From: Patescibacteria group bacterium
Lineage (GTDB): Bacteria > Patescibacteriota > Gracilibacteria > UM-FILTER-43-11
Length of the DNA stretch: 64,000 nucleotides
Direction: 5' to 3'
Assembly (NCBI GenBank): GCA_018813295.1
Contig: JAHJBZ010000033.1
Location: forward strand, 7,422-71,421
Every line of letters begins with the position of its first letter. Positions within the stretch are counted from its first letter, which is position 1. Positions 28,367-37,702 of this stretch are shown here, one piece after another. Both the position numbers and the translations under genes were made by a program. The notes under the pieces are model-generated. The model was not told the origin of the DNA. It saw only the letters and a list, made by a program, of their open reading frames with translations, and did not search any database.

Positions 28367-28430
28367 TTTGACATTTAACATGTAACAATTAACATATGAC
28401 AGAATTGTCAAATGTTAATTGTTACATGTT
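28367..28430. repeat. 7-nt periodic inverted hairpin (TGACATT/AATGTCA family)
   Basis: tgacatt taacatg taacaat taacata tgaca / tgtcaaa tgttaat tgttaca tgtt. Confidence 0.8.
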
Positions 28431-29045
28431 TTAGGGAATATTTAATCTATGAATATCTTGTAAATAGTCTGTTTGAGGTTTTGGTGAGGCAGGTTGTTCA
28501 GTTATTCCTTTTTGCCGTTGTAATATGTGCTCACGTTTTACCCTATTAGACCATTCTAAATAATAATGAGGATTTGGTACATAACTAATAGCAATCGGTG
28601 GCGCTGACGTAGAAAGTGTAATTATCAATTTACCGTATCTCAAGTAATTTTTAAAAAGACCGTGTGCTTCAACAGCTATATCCTGAATTTTGGTTAGATC
28701 AATAGCATCAGAATTATTTTGTAAAAATACAGTTTTTTTAATGATAAGAATTCTGCAATCGGTAACAATGGTGAGGTCAAAATAGAAGTTGATTATCTGC
28801 AAAAATGCCATTTGCAAAAAAGCAATTGTTACAATCATTGTAAAAAATACAAAAAAGGCTCGTAAAAAAGTAAAATCCACTATAAGTACGAGTCCTCCCA
28901 GAACAATCAAAATGATAGCAATAAGTAGTCCTACCGGAAATAGAAAAAGAATTGGATGTATAAAGCGCACCCAATGACGGCGAAAGAAAAACTTGAAGTG
29001 TTCGTATTTTAATTGCCCTTTGAAGTCGTGCTCTTCTGTTGGCAT
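28431..29045 (-). CDS. Membrane protein with bacterial PH domain (tandem paralog)
   Basis: RRHW, VTDCRIL, KIQDI, LRYGKLII, VPNP. Confidence 0.75.
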   Translation of the reverse strand: MPTEEHDFKGQLKYEHFKFFFRRHWVRFIHPILFLFPVGLLIAIILIVLGGLVLIVDFTFLRAFFVFFTMIVTIAFLQMAFLQIINFYFDLTIVTDCRILIIKKTVFLQNNSDAIDLTKIQDIAVEAHGLFKNYLRYGKLIITLSTSAPPIAISYVPNPHYYLEWSNRVKREHILQRQKGITEQPASPKPQTDYLQDIHRLNIP

Positions 29046-29158
29046 AAATGCTTTTAATAAAACAAACGCTTTAGGAGGGCATTAGTGGATCCTGAATATA
29101 ACATAAATCCCCCCTTTAGTAAACTAGTTATGCAGAGATTTGGTATTTATTTGTGTTT

Positions 29159-29983
29159 TTAATTTTCTTTTTTTGTCCTAAAAATAAATCCAATGAAAAC
29201 AAAAGTTGCGTTCCATATACGTTTAATTCTTTTAGGTTCTTTAATTAATCGCCACAACCATTCTAAACCAATTTGTTGCATAAAGCGAGGAGCGCGTTTT
29301 ACTACGCCGGCTGCAAAGTCAAATGCACCACCAACTCCTACGGCCAATTTTACGGTGTCTAATTTAAATAGATTGTGATAAATCCAAAGTTCTTGTGCCG
29401 GACTGCCGTATGCCACAAAGAGGATGTCAGGTTTTGCATGATTTATCATTTCGCAAATATCATTTTCTTCATCTTTACTTGGTGAGCCGGCATAGCTGCC
29501 TGCAAAAATTGCTTTTGGATATTTTGTTAAAAGTTTATTTATAGCCTTGTGGGCCACGCCTGTTTTTGCTCCAAGAAGGTAAATCTTCCATTTGTGTTCT
29601 TGTGATTGTTCGACAATTTTATAAAAAAGATCCGATCCTGTGACTCGCTCTGGAAGTCTTTTCCGGATTTTTTTTGGTGAGAAAATCACGGAAAAAAGTG
29701 AAGCAATTAACTGAAAAAAACGAGGCATCCAGTATTTATGATGCGGCAGGTGAAGATAGTAAGACGCCCACAAAATACCAATGCCATCCGGGATTGAGAG
29801 GTTTGCGTTATTGAGTACATTTGCAAATTTTTTATCTCTATCCGCATTTAAAACCATTTCAGGATTTGGAGTGGTAATGTAGGCTTTTTTGTTCTGGCTG
29901 ATAAAACCACTTACCTCCTCTAAAACTTTTTCGTAGGTTATTGCATCGAAGGGAACGCCGGCGATTTGGATTCTTTTGTTCAT
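29159..29983 (-). CDS. WecB/TagA/CpsF family glycosyltransferase
   Basis: TTPNPE, IPDGIG, RVTGSDL, VAYGSPAQE, GVGGAFD, GLEWLWRL; start re-called at MNKRIQ. Confidence 0.92.
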   Translation of the reverse strand: MNKRIQIAGVPFDAITYEKVLEEVSGFISQNKKAYITTPNPEMVLNADRDKKFANVLNNANLSIPDGIGILWASYYLHLPHHKYWMPRFFQLIASLFSVIFSPKKIRKRLPERVTGSDLFYKIVEQSQEHKWKIYLLGAKTGVAHKAINKLLTKYPKAIFAGSYAGSPSKDEENDICEMINHAKPDILFVAYGSPAQELWIYHNLFKLDTVKLAVGVGGAFDFAAGVVKRAPRFMQQIGLEWLWRLIKEPKRIKRIWNATFVFIGFIFRTKKEN

Positions 29984-29986
29984 ATT

Positions 29987-30082
29987 TCCGATTGTCGGTC
30001 CCCCGCTAAGCGGAGTAGGCCCGTTGTAGACCCTATTGTCCAATCGGGTCTACTAGTGGGTCCTCTATTGGATCTTCTATTG
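29987..30082. repeat. CCCGCTAAGCGG core plus ~12-nt periodic inverted arms
   Basis: cccccgctaagcggag; gtagaccc / gggtctactagt gggtcctctatt ggatcttctatt. Confidence 0.65.
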
Positions 30083-30790
30083 GAGTTTCCGTGCAATCAG
30101 CACAAGGTTAAAAGACCGTAAGAATGATACTCGATTTCCCTTTCGGGTAAAATAAAATTCTTCAATTTTCCATTTGTCCGACGCAAAATAACTCAGTAAT
30201 TCTTTTGGTAAAAATGCATGGTAGTAGCGCTTCATGGGGTAATTTCCCCATTTAATCCATAAGTCGTTCCACGCGGTTTTAAGCCCAAGGTGCAAGACGC
30301 ATGATCCGATTGCTCTGAGAATTGCCTTTAAATATTTGAATTGAAAAAGATTCCAGACGGTTAAAATTAAAATTCCATCTGTCTTGAGTGTGCGATAGAT
30401 ATCATTGGCTACTTTTTTTCGCATTTTTTTATCAGGGACGTGATGAAAAGCTGCTATACAAAAAATGTTATCGAAAGCTCCTTCTGGTAAATTAGCGTCC
30501 ATCATATCCTCAAGCTGAAAGCGGGCTTCGGGGAAATTTTCTTTTGCCTTTTCGAGCAAATGGGAATTATGGTCGACACCTAAATAATTGACTTTTTTTT
30601 GTTTTAAAAACTCATATAACCGACCGTTGCCACAACCAAGATCCAGAGTATTCCCGCCATGTTTGGTGTATGCTAAAAAATGATTAAACTCCTGCCATGG
30701 TGCTTTTCGGGTTGCATCAAACTCATGCGCAATGGCACTGTAGGAGGTTTTTACCTTTTCTTTGATTTGGTTGATTAATTTTTTACGCAT
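30077..30790 (-). CDS. Class I SAM-dependent methyltransferase
   Basis: LDLGCGNGR, IAAFHHVP, RYYHAF. Confidence 0.9.
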   Translation of the reverse strand: MRKKLINQIKEKVKTSYSAIAHEFDATRKAPWQEFNHFLAYTKHGGNTLDLGCGNGRLYEFLKQKKVNYLGVDHNSHLLEKAKENFPEARFQLEDMMDANLPEGAFDNIFCIAAFHHVPDKKMRKKVANDIYRTLKTDGILILTVWNLFQFKYLKAILRAIGSCVLHLGLKTAWNDLWIKWGNYPMKRYYHAFLPKELLSYFASDKWKIEEFYFTRKGNRVSFLRSFNLVLIARKLQ

Positions 30791-30821
30791 TTTTAACAGT
30801 TATTAGTATAACAACTAATAA

Positions 30822-30886
30822 AGGATTCAGAAATCAGGATTCAGTAAAAACAGCTTAATCCTTAATGCTTAATCCTTAATGCTTAA
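30822..30886. repeat. 7-nt periodic arms (GGATTCA and CTTAATC families)
   Basis: aggattc agaaatc aggattc ag; cttaatc cttaatg cttaatc cttaatg cttaa. Confidence 0.75.
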
Positions 30887-32169
30887 TTAATCGTCGTTCC
30901 AATATAGAAGAATGGAAGCATAACTGCGAGCAAAATTGATCCAACCAATGCGGCTACTATAAAAATCATAATCGGTTCGACGAGAGTAGAAATATTTTTG
31001 AGTGTGTAATCGATACTTTTGTGGAAATTCTTTTTAATTTTAAACAGCATCTCGGAAATTCTTCCTGTTGATTCGCCAATGTGAATTAATTGGGCAACTT
31101 GCAGTGGAAAAAGCTTATTCTTTTTAAATTTTTGAGTTCTGATATCTTCAAGCCCCATCATCTCACTTATCTGTTTACCCATAATTATTCCATGACGAAT
31201 TTTCGCTAAGGCGCGTTGATAATGGAGGTTTGGAATTGTCTTTTCGGTGATTGCAAAAGCATCGCTAATAAGCACTCCACTCTTCATAAGCATTCCCATA
31301 TTGGCTGCAATCATCATTAGATTCTTTTCTTTATTCAATCGACCAACAATAGGAATGATGCTCACAAAGTTTTCCCAAATCAGCCTTCCAATTCGCGTTT
31401 TTACAAAGAAAAGCCATAGCAATACTACAGTTCCAACAATTGATATCAGAAGTATCATCCAGCTTGCTGCAACAAAATCGCTAATATCAATTACCGCCTG
31501 GGTAAGCTTTGGCAGTTCAACTTTGGCCTGATCATACATCGCAGCAATTTTTGGAATAACGAAAGTCATCATTCCGGCTACAAGTGCCATCGACAAACAC
31601 ACCAAAACCACCGGGTAAAACATAGCACCGGTAATCTTCCTCATAAAATCTTGATTGGCCTCCATTTCTTCTGTGAGTTCAATTAATACGACACTAAGAT
31701 TTCCACTTTTTTCCGCCGCTTCAACTAAAGCCGCCTGCATTTTTGGAAAAATATGCGGAAATAAATACATAGATTCAGCTAAGCTCATACCCGTATTTAT
31801 ATGATGGATCATTTCGCCATATAACTTTTTAAGCCCCTTACTTGTTGTTTGGGCCTGCACAAGTGATAGGGAGTCTATTAAAGTTACACTTGAGTCAACA
31901 AGGGTTGCCATTTGATCATAAAAATACAAACGGTCTTTGGATGACATGCGTAACATTTTTAGGCCAAACGATATTTTGGTGGCTTCTTGTTTCATTCCTG
32001 TCACAGCTTTTTCTTCTATTTTCTTTTCTTTATCCTTATCCTTGGACGCGAGATTTCGCGTTCCTACGGTTTCTTTTTTATTTCGATGAAAAATTTTGTC
32101 AAAAAACAGCTCAATTTCGAGCCAAAAATCTGAAAAGGTGTCTCTGATTTTGTATGCTAGTGCTGTCAT
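30883..32169 (-). CDS. pilC: Type IV pilus inner membrane platform protein (GspF/PilC)
   Basis: AAEKSGNL, AMFYP, FVIPKIA, IGESTGR, LVEPIMI. Confidence 0.92.
   Translation of the reverse strand: MTALAYKIRDTFSDFWLEIELFFDKIFHRNKKETVGTRNLASKDKDKEKKIEEKAVTGMKQEATKISFGLKMLRMSSKDRLYFYDQMATLVDSSVTLIDSLSLVQAQTTSKGLKKLYGEMIHHINTGMSLAESMYLFPHIFPKMQAALVEAAEKSGNLSVVLIELTEEMEANQDFMRKITGAMFYPVVLVCLSMALVAGMMTFVIPKIAAMYDQAKVELPKLTQAVIDISDFVAASWMILLISIVGTVVLLWLFFVKTRIGRLIWENFVSIIPIVGRLNKEKNLMMIAANMGMLMKSGVLISDAFAITEKTIPNLHYQRALAKIRHGIIMGKQISEMMGLEDIRTQKFKKNKLFPLQVAQLIHIGESTGRISEMLFKIKKNFHKSIDYTLKNISTLVEPIMIFIVAALVGSILLAVMLPFFYIGTTIN
32044..32067 (-). repeat. GTAG-type REP in-frame in the pilC N-terminus
   Basis: Minus strand GTAGGAACGCGAAATCTCGCGTCC encoding VGTRNLAS. 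Confidence 0.75.
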
Positions 32170-32171
32170 TT

Positions 32172-32600
32172 TTAATTGGGAGTATTGGGATTACTAGGAA
32201 TATTGGGGTCATTGGGATTTTTTTTGGATTCAGATAAGCGACAAAGGAGAAATCCCGTTTTATTAATTAATTCAATTAAATGTTCATAGTCGGATTTTGT
32301 AATATATTCTAATGCAAGAGCTAGTTCGGAATGACTGTCTACTTCTACCAATGAACTATAAGAGATATTGAAGAAATGTAATTTGTCACGCACTCCATTT
32401 CTTTCATTTCCTTCAGCGATATTAGACATGACCGATACTGACGCCCTTTTTATCTGACTACTTAATCCAAATTTTTCATCAGACGGAAATTTTTTTGCCA
32501 ATTGATAGACTTTCAAAGTAAGCTCTTTAGCTTTTTGCCAAACTATCAACTTCCTGAATGTTCTCTGATATTGTTTTTGCATAAATTTGTTTTTTATCAC
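32172..32600 (-). CDS. Four helix bundle protein (23S rRNA IVP/TIGR02436-like, Avd-related fold)
   Basis: FRKLIVWQKA, FPSDEKFGLSSQIKRASVSVMSNIAEG, SLVEV. Confidence 0.92.
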   Translation of the reverse strand: MIKNKFMQKQYQRTFRKLIVWQKAKELTLKVYQLAKKFPSDEKFGLSSQIKRASVSVMSNIAEGNERNGVRDKLHFFNISYSSLVEVDSHSELALALEYITKSDYEHLIELINKTGFLLCRLSESKKNPNDPNIPSNPNTPN

Positions 32601-32642
32601 TCACAATCCTCTTAGTAATCCCAATACTCCTAATACTCCCAA
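32176..32642. mobile_element. Cassette: 9-nt periodic inverted arms enclosing the four-helix-bundle gene
   Basis: Left 32176-32220 ttgggagta ttgggatta ctaggaata ttggggtca ttgggattt; right 32598-32642 reverse complement ttgggagta ttaggagta ttgggatta ctaagagga ttgtgagtg. Confidence 0.7.
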
Positions 32643-32643
32643 A

Positions 32644-33987
32644 TTAAGCCATTACCCGAATAGCTTCTTCAATAGTTATATCACCTGTAACTGCTTTATA
32701 GAGTGCGTCTTTTCGGAGTAGGATCATGCCTTCTTTTACGGCTTGTGCTTCTATTTCGGCATTGGAAGCATTATTGATAATGAGCTCTTCAATAGCTGGT
32801 GACATTTCCAAAACCTCGAATAAACCGATACGGCCGCTGTAACCAATATTATTACATTCTTTACAACCGTTCGCTTTGTAAAAAAAAGCGTTTTTTGGGT
32901 CTATGTTAACTTCCTTTTTAATAAGTTCATGATATTTTTCAGGAACCGGGTATTTTTCGCGGCAGTTTGAACAAACTTTGCGTGCCAACCTTTGTGAAAT
33001 AATTACTTTGACTGCTGCCGAGATTAGGAATCGGTCGATATCCATATTCAGCAAACGCTGAATAGTGCCCACAGCTGTATTGGTATGCAGTGTTGAAAAA
33101 ACCAGGTGACCTGTTAACGCGGATTCAATTGCCAGCGATGCTGTTTTCTGATCACGTATCTCACCGACCATGATAATATCCGGGTCCTGACGAACGATTG
33201 TGCGCAGTCCATCAGAAAAATCAAAGCCTATATCCGGATTGATCTGTGTTTGGGTAACATCTTTAATTTTGTATTCAATTGGATCTTCCAGGGTGGAAAT
33301 ATTGTAGTCTTCCGCATTAAAAGTGGAAAGCATAGAGAAAAGAGATGTAGATTTACCACTACCCGTAGGACCTACAGCCAAAATCATTCCATAAGAGGAC
33401 TTAAGGTGTTCCTCAATTTTCAATAAAATATTAGGAAGCATTCCTAAATCTCTCAACTCCACCATCTTTGGATCTTTTTCTAACAAACGTATAACAACCT
33501 TTTCTCCATATTGAGTTGGCAAAATAGAAACACGCAAATCCACTTCCTTTTTATCCTTGCTTTCAAAGCTGCATTTACCATCTTGAGGCAATCTATGTTC
33601 ATCGATCTTGAGTCCGGAAATAATTTTTATACGTGCGATAATTGGGTGATGATAAATTTTATCGAACACCTTGTATTCCACCATAGTCCCATCTATACGA
33701 AAATAAACCTCAAATTTATTCTCTTTTGGCTTAAAGTGGATATCACTCGCATGTTTTTTTAACGCATGATTAAAAATTTCATCAACGACATCGGGAACTG
33801 TGTCTTCGTCAAAAGTTTCGGCTTCTAGCACTTCTTCCTTTACCTTTTCATCCTTAGACGCAAGATCTTGCGTCTCTACTTTTTCTTTTTCTGAAATAGG
33901 CTCTTTTTCCACCTTTTCTTCAGGTGTTTCAGGTTTTTCTTTCAATGCCTGGTCGCTTTCTTTTTTTAGTGCATCTAATAATGACAT
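32644..33987 (-). CDS. pilB: GspE/PilB family pilus assembly ATPase (short form)
   Basis: ASDIHF, GPTGSGKST, RQDPDIIMVGEIRD, CSNC...CKEC. Confidence 0.9.
   Translation of the reverse strand: MSLLDALKKESDQALKEKPETPEEKVEKEPISEKEKVETQDLASKDEKVKEEVLEAETFDEDTVPDVVDEIFNHALKKHASDIHFKPKENKFEVYFRIDGTMVEYKVFDKIYHHPIIARIKIISGLKIDEHRLPQDGKCSFESKDKKEVDLRVSILPTQYGEKVVIRLLEKDPKMVELRDLGMLPNILLKIEEHLKSSYGMILAVGPTGSGKSTSLFSMLSTFNAEDYNISTLEDPIEYKIKDVTQTQINPDIGFDFSDGLRTIVRQDPDIIMVGEIRDQKTASLAIESALTGHLVFSTLHTNTAVGTIQRLLNMDIDRFLISAAVKVIISQRLARKVCSNCREKYPVPEKYHELIKKEVNIDPKNAFFYKANGCKECNNIGYSGRIGLFEVLEMSPAIEELIINNASNAEIEAQAVKEGMILLRKDALYKAVTGDITIEEAIRVMA
33856..33879 (-). repeat. GTAG-type REP in-frame in the pilB N-terminus
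   Basis: Minus strand GTAG plus perfect 20-bp palindrome AGACGCAAGATCTTGCGTCT encoding VETQDLAS. Confidence 0.85.
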
Positions 33988-34081
33988 TTTTTACTTTTTT
34001 GTTTAGAGTTTAGGATTTCGAATTTAAAGTTTAATATCCATATATTATAGCAAAAAAAAGCCAAAAAATCAATGGAAACAA

Positions 34082-34183
34082 TTGTCTGAACCATGATTTT
34101 CCTGATTAGGGGATTTCTTGATTACTTATTACGTAAAAATTAATCATGTAATCTTTTAATCCTATAAATCAAGGTTCAGACAA
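34082..34183. mobile_element. TTGTCTGAAC MITE-like element copy 2
   Basis: TTGTCTGAACCATGATT...AATCAAGGTTCAGACAA with GATT/AATC periodic arms. Confidence 0.8.
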
Positions 34184-34262
34184 AAGATGACAAAAACAAG
34201 CGAATTTGGTAGTATTTATCCGAAATGAAAGAAGAATTCACGATTTTTTAAATCTTTATTTT

Positions 34263-34646
34263 ATGTCAAAAAAATCACTATTTAAAAGAATAAAAATAAG
34301 ACATGTACTTGCGGTAATTGGCTTATTGTTACCACTAACAGGCTTTTTAGGTTGGAGCAATTTTTTACTTTATCTAAATCCAATCGGCATTGTAATTAGT
34401 GCGATGTTTGCCTTCCTGCTTTCTAATATATTTGAGGGATTTACTGCTTCTTCTTATTATTATTGGTTTACATCTATGTCAATTATTGGTGCCTTGATAT
34501 ATTATCTAATTGGTTTTTGTATAGATAAGCTATTTAACAAAAAGCGCAATATTAAATATGTAGTATTTTTAGTTATTTACAGCGCTTTGCATATATACGC
34601 AGCAAAATTTTTCATTGATCAAGTCACTAGTCAACTGATTATGTAG
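34263..34646 (+). CDS. Hypothetical membrane protein
   Basis: AT-rich ORF with ~4 TM segments; ATG at 34263. Confidence 0.6.
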   Translation: MSKKSLFKRIKIRHVLAVIGLLLPLTGFLGWSNFLLYLNPIGIVISAMFAFLLSNIFEGFTASSYYYWFTSMSIIGALIYYLIGFCIDKLFNKKRNIKYVVFLVIYSALHIYAAKFFIDQVTSQLIM

Positions 34647-34673
34647 TAAAAAATAACTTAATAGAGCAATAAA

Positions 34674-35126
34674 ATAATAAAAATTCAAAAATCACAAATC
34701 AAAGGGGGTTTTAGCCTAGTAGAAGTCCTTTTTACTATTGCATTCCTTTCCGTCATTATTTTCGGCGTAATTAAGCTCCAAACCAGCAATTTAACCCTAA
34801 CTAATGCCCAAAATAATGAAATAAAGGCACATTTTTTGGCAAATCAGGGGGTGGAGATTGTGGAGGGGGTAGGTGTTGCAGGAATTGGCGCTTGTGGGCC
34901 CCCATGCACTAAATATATTAATTTTGATGGTAGTGATTATAGTCTAATTGACGCTGATAACAATCCTTTTGAGGACGATTTTGATCTAACTATTGAAATT
35001 GAAACAGCTGGCACAGCCGGTGATTATTTAGTAACTGCCATTATCGAATGGACCGACAGTGCTGGTACACATAATGTAACCGACGGTGGCGCCGTAATAG
35101 CCAAAAGGATAATTCATAATAATTAA
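34674..35126 (+). CDS. Type IV minor prepilin, apparent non-canonical start (ATA/ATT)
   Basis: Frame extends upstream of TTG 34836 to KGGFSLVEVLFTIAFL; only ATA/ATT/ATC after in-frame TAG at 34662. Confidence 0.7.
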   Translation: MIKIQKSQIKGGFSLVEVLFTIAFLSVIIFGVIKLQTSNLTLTNAQNNEIKAHFLANQGVEIVEGVGVAGIGACGPPCTKYINFDGSDYSLIDADNNPFEDDFDLTIEIETAGTAGDYLVTAIIEWTDSAGTHNVTDGGAVIAKRIIHNN

Positions 35127-35140
35127 ATCTAAAATCGCTA

Positions 35141-37027
35141 ATCGCTAATCTTAAATCTAAAATCAAAGGGGGATTTACATTAGTTGAATTAATCGTTTCC
35201 TTGGCAATTACAGGAATATTGCTGGTGGGCTTGAGTATATTTTTTACCAGCACTTTTCATAATATGTTCACTGCCCAAGAACGAACCTCTGGAACGCAGA
35301 GTCAATTTGCATTAAATGAGATATTGCGTGATAAGTTGACGAGCTTGGAGGAGATTCTTTATATTGCAGCAAATGAAATTGTTTTCCGTAGTGATACAAC
35401 GGACGGCCAGATGCCGTTTACTTATGTTGGACAAGATGGCGATAATATCGTTTTTAAGGATTTCTTTGTGTTTAATGGGCTTTTTGGATCGACTTCGGGT
35501 GATGAATTTGATCCGATAGAAAATCCAGGTGGGATTGTGTATTTAAATGATGAAATGATTGATTATTACTACATTACCGCACCATTGGAAAACAAAATTT
35601 ATAGATGCCCTTCGCCTCCTGCCATGGGCGGTTGTTGGGAACCAAGCCCAGCGATTGAAGGTTTGAATAGACCGACTGATATTACGGCAGATGATATGGA
35701 TTTTAATACTGCAAATTTATATGTCACAAATTCGGGTGATAATACTGTTATCAGAATAAGCAATTTAGAAAATACAAATACTGTTACAACGCTGGTGGAT
35801 GAGGGGTTAAATTTCCCAACGGGTCTTGCTTATTATGACAATGGAACTCAAAAATATCTTTTTATCGCAGATACTTATAATAATGAAATCAAATGGATAC
35901 CAACGAATCTATTATTAAATGACTATCCCACAAATGCAATTACAGCTGTAGGCAATGGCGAAGATACAAGTTGTGATAATACTGCAAAATACTGCCAATT
36001 AAATTTCCCAACTGGGTTGCATGCAAATGATTCTGATCATATTCTTTATATTTCTGATACTGGAAGTAATAGAATTTTGAAAATGAGTGATCCTGATCCA
36101 GCATTGGATGATTATGAAATTGCATTTAATCTTGGTATCGCTTCTCAAATTTCAGAGATTAATTTTGTATTTCCGGATGACGTTACACTAAGCAATGTCT
36201 CAGAAAGCAATCCCAACACATTGCATACTGGGAAATACACTGAAAATGGATCTACGCTCACTTATGAATTGAATGTTCCAATCGAAGATGATGTTATACA
36301 TCCAACTTTAGTTTGTGCTGGTTCACCGCCAGTTTGTATAAATCGTAACTATTTCATAGGATTTGAAGTTATTGCTGAAAATCAAATTTTTGAAGCAAAT
36401 GATTCAATTCAATTGGGTTCTGAATCTTACACTGTTGATGGAATTTCAGATATCGGTGGCGGGATATATCAAATTACCGTTATACCGGCTGATACAGTAA
36501 TTAATTATGCCCAAGGTACTATTGTTACCATCACCAACAACTTCCTTGCTGGTGATTATGAATTTTATTTTGATCTTACCAGTAGCACATTTGCGAGCGA
36601 CTTTAATAACATTGAAACTGAAGTTTCTGACGATACTCCTGTTGTAATTAAAACAGTTGAACAAATGCTTAGAGTTGGTGATGATATTCTCGGCACCTCT
36701 GAGGATTCAATTGAAGTACTTTATGATACAGATTTAAATTTTCCAACGGGCCTAAGTATATCTGGAAGTGATTTAATGACTGCTGACAGCTTAGACGGTC
36801 AGATTTTAGAAGATGGTGCTTTTGATTCAAGCCTAACTCCTTACGCAATTCCCACCTCAAACTTCGACTACACCAGCGACTTTACATTAAATTCACCACT
36901 AAGCTTCACCACTTATAATGGAGGCTCAATTCTTGAATTAGAAATTCATGCCGTTAATGATCTTGGTGATGCAGATCCACTTAATGACATCACCGAAACT
37001 TATACACTGACGACTGCTATTAATTAA
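35141..37027 (+). CDS. Prepilin-type N-terminus plus NHL-repeat beta-propeller protein; start unresolved
   Basis: KGGFTLVELIVSLAI at 35165-35209; LNRPTDI and three LNFPTGL NHL repeats; no ATG/GTG/TTG between TAA 35120 and the motif. Confidence 0.75.
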   Translation: MANLKSKIKGGFTLVELIVSLAITGILLVGLSIFFTSTFHNMFTAQERTSGTQSQFALNEILRDKLTSLEEILYIAANEIVFRSDTTDGQMPFTYVGQDGDNIVFKDFFVFNGLFGSTSGDEFDPIENPGGIVYLNDEMIDYYYITAPLENKIYRCPSPPAMGGCWEPSPAIEGLNRPTDITADDMDFNTANLYVTNSGDNTVIRISNLENTNTVTTLVDEGLNFPTGLAYYDNGTQKYLFIADTYNNEIKWIPTNLLLNDYPTNAITAVGNGEDTSCDNTAKYCQLNFPTGLHANDSDHILYISDTGSNRILKMSDPDPALDDYEIAFNLGIASQISEINFVFPDDVTLSNVSESNPNTLHTGKYTENGSTLTYELNVPIEDDVIHPTLVCAGSPPVCINRNYFIGFEVIAENQIFEANDSIQLGSESYTVDGISDIGGGIYQITVIPADTVINYAQGTIVTITNNFLAGDYEFYFDLTSSTFASDFNNIETEVSDDTPVVIKTVEQMLRVGDDILGTSEDSIEVLYDTDLNFPTGLSISGSDLMTADSLDGQILEDGAFDSSLTPYAIPTSNFDYTSDFTLNSPLSFTTYNGGSILELEIHAVNDLGDADPLNDITETYTLTTAIN

Positions 37028-37134
37028 TTGTCTGAACTATGATTTTTTATGATTATTATGATGGGCATGATTTTTTTATATGCAATTAGTAAATCATAAA
37101 AATCAATTAATCACACAAATCACAGTTCAGACAA
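37028..37134. mobile_element. TTGTCTGAAC MITE-like element copy 3, directly after a TAA stop
   Basis: TAA|TTGTCTGAACTATGATT...AATCACAGTTCAGACAA. Confidence 0.8.
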
Positions 37135-37201
37135 TTTTTATTTGCCTTTTCCCTCAAAACCGCGTTAAAATTACATAAGCTATCAAATTAAAATCAAAAT
37201 T

Positions 37202-37687
37202 ATGACTATTCGCAAAAACAACAAAGGTTTCTCTCTCGTGGAACTGCTTGTGGTGATCACAATCATCGCGATTCTTTCTGTTACAGCATATGTTGCTTTG
37301 GGTGGGCAAACTGCTAAAGCTAGGAATTCGAAAAGAATGCAGGACTTGGATACAGTTCAAAGCGCTCTGGAAATATATTTTCTTGAAAACGTGAATACTT
37401 ACCCTGTTGCTCTTGCTAACTTGGTTCCTGCGCAAATGCCAGAAATACCTGTAGATCCAGCTAATGGCACTTCTTATTACTATGAACCCGGTGTAGCAAA
37501 TAAAACTTATCAACTATCAGCAGCATTAGAAGATCAAGCAGGTGGAACAAATTATGAGGCTTATGTTATAGGAAATGGTACAGGATTACTTGTTGCTGGA
37601 GATTCTGTTGCTGGTGGTGTTTGTACTGATGATAACAGTTGTACAGTTGACGACGGTGATACGAATTGTCTCCCATATTGTATATAA
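37202..37687 (+). CDS. Type IV pilin / GspG-like major pilin
   Basis: KGFSLVELLVVITIIAIL, ARNSKRMQDL, IPVDP, YQLSAALE. Confidence 0.9.
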   Translation: MTIRKNNKGFSLVELLVVITIIAILSVTAYVALGGQTAKARNSKRMQDLDTVQSALEIYFLENVNTYPVALANLVPAQMPEIPVDPANGTSYYYEPGVANKTYQLSAALEDQAGGTNYEAYVIGNGTGLLVAGDSVAGGVCTDDNSCTVDDGDTNCLPYCI

Positions 37688-37702
37688 AATAATAAAACTA
37701 TC

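Noticed and set aside
32172-32600. Diversity-generating retroelement (Avd-like gene)
   Set aside because: No reverse transcriptase or TR/VR pair in the window; the protein fits the stand-alone four-helix-bundle family
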